Below are positions 25,839-34,250 of a stretch of 64,000 nt of DNA, in pieces. Below the pieces are notes generated by a model. That model made no database searches. It saw only the letters and a list, made by a program, of their open reading frames with translations, and had not been told where the DNA came from. Made by a program: the position numbers and the translations under genes. The first letter of the stretch is position 1; each line of letters opens with the position of its first letter. The stretch covers positions 10,994 to 74,993 of the forward strand of contig JBBTRX010000006.1 in NCBI GenBank assembly GCA_038064975.1, in the 5' to 3' direction. The DNA comes from Patescibacteria group bacterium. GTDB taxonomy: Bacteria; Patescibacteriota; Minisyncoccia; UBA6257; 1-14-0-10-40-38.

Positions 25839-28676
25839 TTAATTCTTATAATACACTCGTTTCGTACTAAACTCTCGTGCGATGAAGAAGATTATCAAGA
25901 TAAGAAGAATGATGAGAAGAATCCATCCGAAGGGAATAGAGAGTCCAAAGATAGATGCAAGGAATCCTGAACCGCTGACCGTAAACGTGCGGTATGCGCT
26001 TGTGGATTGATCCTGATTGTTTGCGTCGCGATAATTCATAACAGCACCAGCAGTAAGCGTGTCGCCGGTTTCCATATTGTCTCTTACACGCAATGTAAGT
26101 CGTACGGAATTTTGATCCAGCGGATTAAGATTTCCAAGGTTAAAGGTTACAACGTTATTTGATTCAGAAGCTACCGAATTCGAAGATGAAATAAATTCCA
26201 ATCCATCGGAAAGCGTGATGCGGAGCATAAGACGAGATACCGCGTGACGATCACTGTCATTCCAATAGTTCAATGTGTAGATAATCGTTTCTCCCGGAGC
26301 CGGATTATTATTGTCAGCTGTTGGAGAAAGTACTATTGACGGAGAAATTTGAGAAACTGGAGTGGATGGTTTTGGAGGCGTTGTCGGTTGTGGCGGAACA
26401 AAGACGCTTCGCGTTTTAAAGCTCGTTATCGTTCCGTAGGATGTGCCAAAGTTATTTGTTGCGGTTACGCGATAATAGTAGGTAGTATTCGGCGAAAGGC
26501 TAGGAAGGAACCATGAGAAAGGAATTGATCCTTGTCCAAATCCAATATCGCGAGAAACAGTTGAATTGCCGAGCGATGGAGTCGTACCCCATTCAAAGCG
26601 TGCAGTCGTCTGCGATCCGCGAGGATCAACAGTGCTGTTTAACTGCGCGGAGATAGTTTCTACAAGTGAAGCGCCATTTGTGGAAACAAAGGGAATATTA
26701 CCCGATCCATTGAATCCCGATGAGGTATTAAATGAGAGGACAGAGCCGTATACGGTACCGAAACTATTCTGTGCAACAGCGCGGAAGTAGTACGTGGTAT
26801 TCTGTGAAAGATTAAAGAGGCTAGTGAAGTATGTTGAACCTCCAAATCCGCTTCCAATGAATTGCTGATTGGTTGTATTGCCGAGCGACTGCGAAGTGCC
26901 ATATTCAAACCATGCATTCATTTGCGATCCGTTCGGATTTGCGAATCCTTGAAGCGTTGCCGATGTTTGATTGATTGATGTTGCATTCAAGGTTGAAACA
27001 GTTGGGAAGTTGCCCTGCGAACCGCCGCTGCCAGATGTCGTAAATGAGAGGATACTGCCATAACTTGTGCTAAACGTGTTTTGTCCGACTGCACGGAAGT
27101 AGTAGGTAGTATTTGGAGCAAGATTTTGGATGGTGGATGAGAAATTCAAACTGGAATTTCCTGAACCGATACCCATGGATGCAGTTGAATTGCCGAGGAA
27201 TTGTGAAGTGCCGTATTCAAACCAGCCGCTCGTGAAAGCAGAGTTCGGATTTACGGATCCATGCAAGGTTGCGCTATTCGCACTAATATTGCTTGAAAAA
27301 ATCGTGTTCACAAATGGGCTGCCCGATCCGCCACCACCTCCGGTATTTCCACCTTGGGTAGTAAAGGAAAGAATGCTTCCAAATGTGGTCCCTGAAGAAT
27401 TCTGCGCGACAACGCGGAAGTAATAGGTAGTATTCTGTGAAAGATTAAAGAGTGAAGCACTTACATTAACGTTCCCATTTCCGTTGCCGACAGTCTGAGA
27501 ACCAACCGTGTTGCCAAGACTGAATGATGTGCCCCATTCAAATCGAACGTCAGTAAAGCCGCCATTTGGATTTACGGTACCGTTCAAAAGCGCACTGTTC
27601 TGTCCCACCCCGGAAGCGCTGTTCGTAGTTGCGGAAGGTGCCGATCCTGAAGATTGATTCGCCTGCGTAGTAAAGGAAAGGATGCTTCCTTGGGTTGTGC
27701 CGTAACTATTTGATCCGACGGCGCGGAAATAATAGGTCGTATTCGGAGAAAGATTTTGGATTGAGAACGAATAGTTTACGGATCCGTTGCCACTGCCTAC
27801 GTTTTGATTGCCTACGGTGTTGCCGAGCGACTGCGAAGTGCCATATTCAAACCATGCGTTGGTTGAGTTGCCGTTTGGATTTGCGGAACCCTGAAGTGTT
27901 GCGGATGTTTGTTCGATGCTATATGCAGAGAGGGTAGTAATGTTCGGTGCTGATCCGGACTGTCCTCCACCTTGAGTTGTAAAAGAAAGGATAGTTCCTT
28001 CACTTGCTCCAACATTAGACGCTCCGACCGCCCGGAAATAATACGTCGTGTTTGGGGAAAGATTATTAATAGATTTGGAAACGTTTACGAAGGAAGATCC
28101 GCTTCCTGCTGATTGCTGATTTGTTGCGTTTCCGAGTGATTGCGATGTACCCCACTCAAACCATACATCGGTATTTTTGCCTTCAGGGTTTACAGAAGCA
28201 TTTAAAGTTGCGGAAGTCTGACTTACATTAGTCGCTGGTTTTGTGATTACCGTTGGAAGGGAACCTGTAGGAGGATTGTCGGTCGTAGTGAAGCTGACTA
28301 TTGCTCCATAGCCGATGCCGAATGTATTTTTAGAAACTGCACGAACATAATAGGTAGTTCCCGCGGTAAGGCTTGATACTGATGCGGAAAAATCAGTACT
28401 TAACGATTTTGGATAACTTGTAATATTGTGTCCCGTTGAGAATGAATTAGAGGGCGTAAGGGAAGGGCTTGTGCCATATTCAAACCACGTAATGACATTT
28501 CCAGTAGAGGATTGCGTTTCGTGGCCAGAGAAAGTTGCGGATGTTTTGGTTACATTTTCAGCGGAAAATGTAGTGACGTCTGGTGCTGACGTTGCGGAAA
28601 CGGGGAACGCGAACGCAAGGGCTCCTATGAGTCCAAGTGCTATAAATACTGTATTTCTGGATAATTTTGCTGTCAT
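25839..28676 (-). CDS. Large secreted surface protein: signal peptide, about 8 tandem FN3-like repeats (~100 aa each), DUF11-like domain, conserved C-terminal GFLAS-TM-basic tail
   Basis: Repeats of ...WFEYGTSQSLGN...NLSPNTTYYFRAVG.N..G...GSILSFTTQ. C-terminus SGSGFLASIFGLSIP plus a 20-residue hydrophobic helix plus REFSTKR. The repeats are also visible as ~300-bp periodic near-identity at DNA level. Confidence 0.8.
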   Translation of the reverse strand: MTAKLSRNTVFIALGLIGALAFAFPVSATSAPDVTTFSAENVTKTSATFSGHETQSSTGNVITWFEYGTSPSLTPSNSFSTGHNITSYPKSLSTDFSASVSSLTAGTTYYVRAVSKNTFGIGYGAIVSFTTTDNPPTGSLPTVITKPATNVSQTSATLNASVNPEGKNTDVWFEWGTSQSLGNATNQQSAGSGSSFVNVSKSINNLSPNTTYYFRAVGASNVGASEGTILSFTTQGGGQSGSAPNITTLSAYSIEQTSATLQGSANPNGNSTNAWFEYGTSQSLGNTVGNQNVGSGNGSVNYSFSIQNLSPNTTYYFRAVGSNSYGTTQGSILSFTTQANQSSGSAPSATTNSASGVGQNSALLNGTVNPNGGFTDVRFEWGTSFSLGNTVGSQTVGNGNGNVNVSASLFNLSQNTTYYFRVVAQNSSGTTFGSILSFTTQGGNTGGGGGSGSPFVNTIFSSNISANSATLHGSVNPNSAFTSGWFEYGTSQFLGNSTASMGIGSGNSSLNFSSTIQNLAPNTTYYFRAVGQNTFSTSYGSILSFTTSGSGGSQGNFPTVSTLNATSINQTSATLQGFANPNGSQMNAWFEYGTSQSLGNTTNQQFIGSGFGGSTYFTSLFNLSQNTTYYFRAVAQNSFGTVYGSVLSFNTSSGFNGSGNIPFVSTNGASLVETISAQLNSTVDPRGSQTTARFEWGTTPSLGNSTVSRDIGFGQGSIPFSWFLPSLSPNTTYYYRVTATNNFGTSYGTITSFKTRSVFVPPQPTTPPKPSTPVSQISPSIVLSPTADNNNPAPGETIIYTLNYWNDSDRHAVSRLMLRITLSDGLEFISSSNSVASESNNVVTFNLGNLNPLDQNSVRLTLRVRDNMETGDTLTAGAVMNYRDANNQDQSTSAYRTFTVSGSGFLASIFGLSIPFGWILLIILLILIIFFIAREFSTKRVYYKN

Positions 28677-28919
28677 ACGGGTGTTTTTGATAATTTTACT
28701 TCATTAAGATGTGAATATTATGACGTTTAGGGCGTGATATTGTGACGCCTATAGTTCACAGATAATAGTAGATATATATGTATTTGTCAAGGGTAAGGGG
28801 TGGGAGGCATTGACAAATCCTCTATATTCGGATATTCTAATTCCCGGAAACTAGTGCATGGTGTCGGATCTACTGGCGTGCATAAGTTACTTGAAAACCA
28901 AGAAAGAAGGAGCTCTGTA

Positions 28920-30440
28920 ATGAGCATTTCTCGCTTGTATCTCTGCATGATGCTTCTCATCGCTTTCGCTTGTCATGGGGGAGGCGGCGATGAAATGCTC
29001 GCGAGTCCCAAAGCCAGTTTCGGTTTCAAAGGGCGCGGTGCTGACATTCTGAATGTCAGGATCGACAACCCCGACGTCAACGCGACTCACTACGCAAGGT
29101 GGTATCTCGGTTCAGGATTTGTTGTGGAGAACCCGGCTGTTCAAGAGGGTTTTCACCAAGAAGATCCTCAGCAGGAAGTTTTCTACCGCGCGCGATTCGC
29201 AATTCCTTTGGGAAGAATGGATCCCGGGAGTGACGGCATCGAAACTGGAGTAGTGATGGTGGAGATTGTCCGGAAAAAAAACGGCCAATCAGCATCATCG
29301 CCGCCTCAGGACTTTTTCATCTCCCAGTTTACGGGAGGGTTCGTGGAGCCTCCTGGCGGAGTTGCTCTTGCTGCGGTTAACGCAATGAGAGATTCTGTCG
29401 TTCGCGGTATTGCCGGGATGCAGAAACTCGACGAATTCGCGAAGGGGCAATTGGTCTTTGATAATCCGCTTCATGCGGCTGTCCAAGATCTGATCGCATT
29501 GGATACGCTTGCCAATCTGGTGGAGCGGGCAATGGGAGGTGAGGTAATCTTCCTCGGCTTCCATGGTTCTGAGCTGATTGTGCTGGATACGTTCAGTCTT
29601 TCACTCATGGACCGTCTCGTTGCTACTATGAACGGCGCTCTTGCGAACCAATTGGCTCCGAATTCGCCGCCACCGGATATCTCGTCCTTCGGAAGCTTCT
29701 ACCTCGTGATTGCTCATAACTTTGACGAGGATGCGGCAGACGCAATCAGAGTTGTCGGCGGTGCCGCAAGGTGCGGCTTGTCACTCTACGAAATCGCTCT
29801 CCAGGCAGACGGAAGTTCCGTTGCAAAGCTGGACGGTTCGACTCTGGGAGCGATTGCGTGGTTCAACACGTTCGCGACTGGATTCACTTCCGTTCTTATG
29901 CTGGATGCGCTTCCTGCGCATGCGGGAGTATCTCAAGGATCATTCGTGATCGTGATGGATGCTTCCGAAAGGATGGTTCCGTACGTGCATGACATTGCGA
30001 AATCTCATTTCGGTTCAGGGAACACGTTCTCTACGAAATACGGAGATGAGCTTTCGTCGGCGGGTGAGAAATCCGTCGCAGGTCTTCTTTCCAAGAAGGA
30101 CATCATTCTGGGTGTCCAAGGTGGATACGTAAACACCTCGGTACCCACAAACGGTTTGCCGCCTCCTGAATTCACTGTGGAGCTCAATGCAGATAAGGTA
30201 GGAGGTGAGTACAACACCAATGTCTCAACCGATCCAGCTACAGCCGGCCAAACTCTGGTAATCTTCATCCTCGGATCTGACGGGTTCGTCAGTGGTCAGG
30301 AGGTCGTTACCGATTCTTCGGGCGTTGCTGTCGCAGGGCCGTTCAATGGCACTGGCAACGGCTTCGACATCGTGACCGTGGTAAACCCCAACACTGGGGG
30401 ATTGGAATCCCAGGACGGCACGATCATCACCTTCCCGTGA
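28920..30440 (+). CDS. Putative lipoprotein, GC-rich (about 55% by eye), function unknown
   Basis: Start MSISRLYLCMMLLIAFAC has GAAGGAG 7 nt upstream and a lipobox-like LIAFAC. Terminator at 30477-30512. The long upstream extension in the ORF track is unlikely. Confidence 0.5.
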   Translation: MSISRLYLCMMLLIAFACHGGGGDEMLASPKASFGFKGRGADILNVRIDNPDVNATHYARWYLGSGFVVENPAVQEGFHQEDPQQEVFYRARFAIPLGRMDPGSDGIETGVVMVEIVRKKNGQSASSPPQDFFISQFTGGFVEPPGGVALAAVNAMRDSVVRGIAGMQKLDEFAKGQLVFDNPLHAAVQDLIALDTLANLVERAMGGEVIFLGFHGSELIVLDTFSLSLMDRLVATMNGALANQLAPNSPPPDISSFGSFYLVIAHNFDEDAADAIRVVGGAARCGLSLYEIALQADGSSVAKLDGSTLGAIAWFNTFATGFTSVLMLDALPAHAGVSQGSFVIVMDASERMVPYVHDIAKSHFGSGNTFSTKYGDELSSAGEKSVAGLLSKKDIILGVQGGYVNTSVPTNGLPPPEFTVELNADKVGGEYNTNVSTDPATAGQTLVIFILGSDGFVSGQEVVTDSSGVAVAGPFNGTGNGFDIVTVVNPNTGGLESQDGTIITFP

Positions 30441-30476
30441 TCGGAGACAAGTCTCCAGTCATGACACAAAACGCAC

Positions 30477-30512
30477 GCGGCGTCTCGGTGAAGAGACGCC
30501 GCTCTTTTATTT
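30477..30512 (+). terminator. Intrinsic terminator (GCGGCGTCTC-GGTGAA-GAGACGCCGC plus TCTTTTATTT)
   Basis: 10-bp perfect stem plus T-run, 37 nt after the stop codon. Confidence 0.6.
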
Positions 30513-30611
30513 AAAATACAGGGTTTAGAAATTTGACGAATATAATAGAAAAATGTTTCTATATTAATAGTTCTTAACCACAAAAAGCACAACTCTAGTC
30601 AGGAGGGGCAG

Positions 30612-31172
30612 ATGAGTCAAAAGATAGATCGGATTGCGGTGAATGCAGCAATTGAGGTACTTATTTCTCAGAATGATGAAAATGGCGAAGCTGCCCGCAC
30701 CGTTATTGCTTATGGATCTGAATTGCAGCGATCAGGATTCGTGACATTTGAGAGTGTTAAGAGCACTAAATCATCGGGCAAGAAGATGTCTGGATATTCT
30801 CCAGGCCATGGAGATGTCCCAATTCAAGATCAGGAACGCAAAGAACGAAAAGAATGGCAGTTTGGTATTCACAAGGAAAGAATTGGATACTTCCGGCTTT
30901 GGAAGGAAGATGAGGGAGAGCTATGCTTCCATCATTTCTGGCAATCAAGTATTGCCACAAAATCCTGTGCTAATAGAGATCCTGATGTGTACGTTCTTGG
31001 ATATGAAACTACCTCCCTGCAAATGGAATATTTTGCTATTGAGCGCTTGAAAACCATATGGACTTTCAGTATTGGAAGGAGGACGTACACAGTTCAACTC
31101 CTTTATCTTGAAGAGATCTATGGCAAGTCGCCAAAAATTTGTGGGATAAGGATTCACTCAAACTCCTCCTAG
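30612..31172 (+). CDS. Hypothetical protein
   Basis: 186-aa ORF with an AGGAGG RBS. No recognisable motif. Confidence 0.4.
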   Translation: MSQKIDRIAVNAAIEVLISQNDENGEAARTVIAYGSELQRSGFVTFESVKSTKSSGKKMSGYSPGHGDVPIQDQERKERKEWQFGIHKERIGYFRLWKEDEGELCFHHFWQSSIATKSCANRDPDVYVLGYETTSLQMEYFAIERLKTIWTFSIGRRTYTVQLLYLEEIYGKSPKICGIRIHSNSS

Positions 31173-31239
31173 GGAAACATCTACCGCTTTCTTTCTTCTG
31201 AAAGGAGGCGGTCTTTTTTTAGACCGATACGAAGCAGAA

Positions 31240-31318
31240 TATGCAAATGATACGAAACAATAGGTTCGTCGCGTTTTACTAAACTACGACATCTTCGTCG
31301 CTCTTCACTCCTCGAACT
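31240..31318 (+). pseudogene. Truncated duplicate of the 5' end (start-codon region and leader-peptide codons) of the pilin gene at 22651-22730
   Basis: 52-nt stretch GTTCGTCGCGTTTTaCTAAACtACGACATCTTCGTCGCTCTTCaCTCCTCGAA differs from 22678-22730 at 3 positions. AATGATAcGAA upstream echoes AATGATAtGAA. The frame is closed by TAG upstream and TGA at the cleavage-site position. Confidence 0.45.
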
Positions 31319-31350
31319 GATCAACTGTCCACTCATCAACTTCTTTAACT
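31315..31350. repeat. Intergenic repeat family 1
   Basis: AACTGATCAACTGTCCACTCATCAACTTCTTTAACT, fused to the pilin 5' fragment. Confidence 0.7.
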
Positions 31351-32896
31351 AGTTGTTAGTCGTATCAAAAATACTTGTACTTCTGCCTTGGGGAGCTTGC
31401 GGAGCTTTTGGTTTGCGCCGTTCGTAAATTACGAACGAAAGGCCAAGAAGCGTTGCGAAGACAATTCCTCCTACAACAATGACTCGTTTTCTAGTAAAGG
31501 GATTCACTCCTCCTAGATCGCCAATTGTGAACGGAATCGGATCGCCAACGAGTTCGGGGACACCGTTTCGTATCGCATAAATTTTAACTAAATATTTTCC
31601 GTTGCCGAGGCGTTCCACAATAACCTGACGTGAAGCTGCATCTACAAAGAGACTTTTTTGAAGAATATTATTTTCGTCAAAAATATCAATTCGGTATCCG
31701 GTAATCCCATCGGTATTTTCCGGAGCTTCCCAGGAAATAGTAACCGTGCCGGTACCGTCCTCGTTGTCTTCGGTCGCAGCTGACTCTTCGCCAGATCCGG
31801 ATCCTGTAGGCGGTTCGTTATCTCCACCGGTTGGCGGAGGTTCGTTTCCGGAAGGAGGATTATTATTGTCTGGAGGAGGGGGTGGTGGCGGGGGAATAAA
31901 TGCACCACAGTTTGGATCTGTGAGATCAATCAGTCCATCACCATCATTATCTATATTGTCTGAGCAGAGAGCTTGCGTGTTTTCAACTCCTCCAGTTGGC
32001 GGAGGCGGAGGCGGAGGCGGAGGCGGCGGAGGCGGCGGTTCGTTGTCTCCACCGGTTGGCGGAGGAGTTCCGGACGAGGGGCTTTCAAATGTTCCTGAAA
32101 CATTTGTTTCGTTTCCCCAATTGTCTTTTGCAAATAGGATATAGGAATAGGTCTCATCAGGAATTACGGAGATCGTAAGTGTGCACGGAGTTTGTACGTA
32201 GGGGCAGACAGTGTAATTGCCGATGTACGCTGTACTTTGCGTTCCACTACCTTCCGGCCCGTACGTTACACGGTAATCCACAGGCTCATTCGCGGTAAAA
32301 GAAATTTTGACTGAATTCAATGAAAGTTCAGTTACCGTCGTCGTTCCAAGAATTGGGGGAGCGGTTTCATTTGTTTCATAGAGTCCATATTTAAACGCAA
32401 AACTTTGATCGTCTTGGCCTAAAAGCGCGGGCTCTACAGGGAAAAGAGTTGAAGCTCCTGCATTATGCGTAAGAATTTGGAATTGAGTTGAATAATGTAG
32501 TTGAAGATTCGGCATCGTCGTCACCATACGGATGCGATATTTTTTTGTGACGGTAATCGGAATTTGCGTGTCCAAATCTACATGGAATTTTGTTCCTCCA
32601 TATTTTTCCGCAATAGTAGGAATGGTAACTGTTTTTGAACTGAGGAGCGTATTTGCTTCGTCACGGATTCCAAATGTAGCAGTTCCGGATGATCCAGTAT
32701 TCGTGAGCCACACGTCAAAGCCGCTCAAAAAATCATTTGCTGCGTAGAATGGTTGGGCGGGCGTTTCTCCGAATGCGGCGAGCAGGCTTTCGTTGTCATC
32801 GGGAGCAAATTCAAAAAAGTTCGTGCCGTGCGCGAATGCAGTGCTTACGACAACAACTCCCAAAAAGATCGCGAGTAATCTATGGAGAAAGAGCAT
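31349..32896 (-). CDS. Secreted/anchored surface protein with poly-Pro linkers, Ca-binding-like DxDxDG loop and C-terminal TM anchor
   Basis: Signal peptide MLFLHRLLAIFLGVVVVSTAFA. PPPPPPPPPPPPPP and PPPPPPP runs. DNDGDGLIDLTD (EF-hand/dockerin-like). C-terminal hydrophobic helix plus ERRKPK. Confidence 0.6.
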   Translation of the reverse strand: MLFLHRLLAIFLGVVVVSTAFAHGTNFFEFAPDDNESLLAAFGETPAQPFYAANDFLSGFDVWLTNTGSSGTATFGIRDEANTLLSSKTVTIPTIAEKYGGTKFHVDLDTQIPITVTKKYRIRMVTTMPNLQLHYSTQFQILTHNAGASTLFPVEPALLGQDDQSFAFKYGLYETNETAPPILGTTTVTELSLNSVKISFTANEPVDYRVTYGPEGSGTQSTAYIGNYTVCPYVQTPCTLTISVIPDETYSYILFAKDNWGNETNVSGTFESPSSGTPPPTGGDNEPPPPPPPPPPPPPPTGGVENTQALCSDNIDNDGDGLIDLTDPNCGAFIPPPPPPPPDNNNPPSGNEPPPTGGDNEPPTGSGSGEESAATEDNEDGTGTVTISWEAPENTDGITGYRIDIFDENNILQKSLFVDAASRQVIVERLGNGKYLVKIYAIRNGVPELVGDPIPFTIGDLGGVNPFTRKRVIVVGGIVFATLLGLSFVIYERRKPKAPQAPQGRSTSIFDTTNN

Positions 32897-32991
32897 TGCC
32901 TTAATTGTATCAGGAAATGTGAAAAGAGCAGAAAAAGCTCGAGTGTTCTCATGGTGTACTAAAGCCCATATTTTCGGCTATAATCCATTCT

Positions 32992-33351
32992 ATGGAGCCC
33001 ATAAAACCAGATGATTCTTATCTTGAGGGGTTAAAGAAGCGCTCTATGGAGCCTATCAAGTCAGAGAATTCTTATCTGGATGAGCTTAAAAGCCGTTCCA
33101 AACAAACTCGTGCTTATACGCGTTATCAGGATACCGGCGTGCAGATTGCGTATCTCTTAGGAGATCTGAAGCATAAATCGCTCTATATTAAGCTTGCAAA
33201 AGAAGGAGATGCAGATATGCTTTTCCGTCTTGCAAAGAGTATTGCGGAAAATAAATTAATCAAAAATCCCGGAGCATATTTTATGCGCCTAGTTACTAAA
33301 AAAGACGATTCCAAATCACATGAAAATCGTAACGATAGAAAACGACGATAA
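32992..33351 (+). CDS. Hypothetical protein with tandem 18-aa N-terminal repeat (MEPIKPDDSYLEGLKKRS / MEPIKSENSYLDELKSRS)
   Basis: ORF overlaps the def start by 32 nt. Repeat visible at protein and DNA level. Confidence 0.3.
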   Translation: MEPIKPDDSYLEGLKKRSMEPIKSENSYLDELKSRSKQTRAYTRYQDTGVQIAYLLGDLKHKSLYIKLAKEGDADMLFRLAKSIAENKLIKNPGAYFMRLVTKKDDSKSHENRNDRKRR

Positions 33352-33820
33352 AGCGGAGATTCTCAAAACAAGAATTCCTGATGTTGATATTCACGCGATG
33401 AATAAGAGTGTTATTCGCGAACTTGCACGTGATATGCGCAAAATTATGCGCGCCGCGGATGGCGTCGGTCTTGCCGCGAATCAAATCGGATTGAATATTA
33501 GAATGTTTGTAGCAGAAGTACCTGGCGAACGTGGTGGTCGCCCGAAATTTTACGCCCTCTTAAATCCCGAAATTATTAAAGTTTCTAAAGAGAAGCAAGT
33601 TGTGGAAGAAGGGTGTCTGAGTGTTCCCGGTATATTCGGTCCAACTCCGCGAGCCGAAAAAATAACTTTCGTGGGATACGATGCGAATGGGAAAAAAGTA
33701 AAAATAAAAGCCTGGGGTTTTCTCGCGCGCGTACTTCAGCATGAAACTGATCATTTGAACGGACATCTCTTTACGGAAAAAGCTAAATCTTTGCATCCCG
33801 TAGAAATAAAAAAAGTATAA
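33320..33820 (+). CDS. def: Peptide deformylase
   Basis: GVGLAANQIG, EGCLSVPG and QHETDHLNG motifs. Confidence 0.9.
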   Translation: MKIVTIENDDKAEILKTRIPDVDIHAMNKSVIRELARDMRKIMRAADGVGLAANQIGLNIRMFVAEVPGERGGRPKFYALLNPEIIKVSKEKQVVEEGCLSVPGIFGPTPRAEKITFVGYDANGKKVKIKAWGFLARVLQHETDHLNGHLFTEKAKSLHPVEIKKV

Positions 33821-33845
33821 GGAAGAAGGTATAAGGTATAAAGGT

Positions 33846-34211
33846 ATGTCAAAAATAATTAATTTCACTGATCTTATTGCATGGCAAGAGGCGCATAAAG
33901 TAGTTTTGTCGTTATATAAAGCTACGGAACAATTTCCTAATAAGGAAATATATGGACTTACTAGCCAAATGCGCCGCGCCGCTATTTCTCTGACAAGTAA
34001 TATTGCCGAAGGATTTTCTCGTAAATCTTCAAAAGAGAAAATACAATTTTATGCCATTACGTTGGGTTCAAATACCGAATTACAGAATCAACTTATGCTT
34101 GCTCGAGATCTGGGATATATTCCGCCGGAGCAGTTTCATTCTATATTTCAAGATATAATAAGAGTTCATAAACTAACTAATGGTCTTATTCGCGGTCTTC
34201 GGGAAGCATAA
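33846..34211 (+). CDS. Four-helix-bundle protein (23S rRNA intervening-sequence protein family)
   Basis: Characteristic 120-aa pattern IAWQ.A..L...IY..T..FP..E.Y.L..Q.RRAA.SI..NIAEGF, often found between def and fmt. Confidence 0.75.
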   Translation: MSKIINFTDLIAWQEAHKVVLSLYKATEQFPNKEIYGLTSQMRRAAISLTSNIAEGFSRKSSKEKIQFYAITLGSNTELQNQLMLARDLGYIPPEQFHSIFQDIIRVHKLTNGLIRGLREA

Positions 34212-34238
34212 TTCGCCTTATTCTTTATTCCTTATACC
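34212..34238. repeat. Intergenic repeat family 2 (TTCGCCTTATTCTTTATTCCTTATACC)
   Basis: Directly after the preceding stop codon. Also followed by TACCTACT as at 25828. Confidence 0.7.
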
Positions 34239-34250
34239 AAATACCTACTC

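Noticed and set aside
26566-28015. Plus-strand ORFs antisense to the 945-aa surface-protein gene (26566-26790, 27130-27423, 27695-27937) and periodic ~300-bp repeats that could be mistaken for an array
   Set aside because: They are antisense reading frames of the protein-coding FN3 tandem repeats. The repeats are about 300 bp with no short spacers, so not CRISPR.
31746-32178. Gly-rich plus-strand ORFs (GGGGGGGG...) opposite the poly-Pro tracts
   Set aside because: Reverse-complement frames of CCx runs in the minus-strand surface-protein gene.
33815-33844. GTATAAGGAAGAAGGTATAAGGTATAAAGG considered as a family-2 repeat copy
   Set aside because: It overlaps the def stop codon and is the AAGG-rich RBS region of the next gene. 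Its similarity to family 2 is compositional only.
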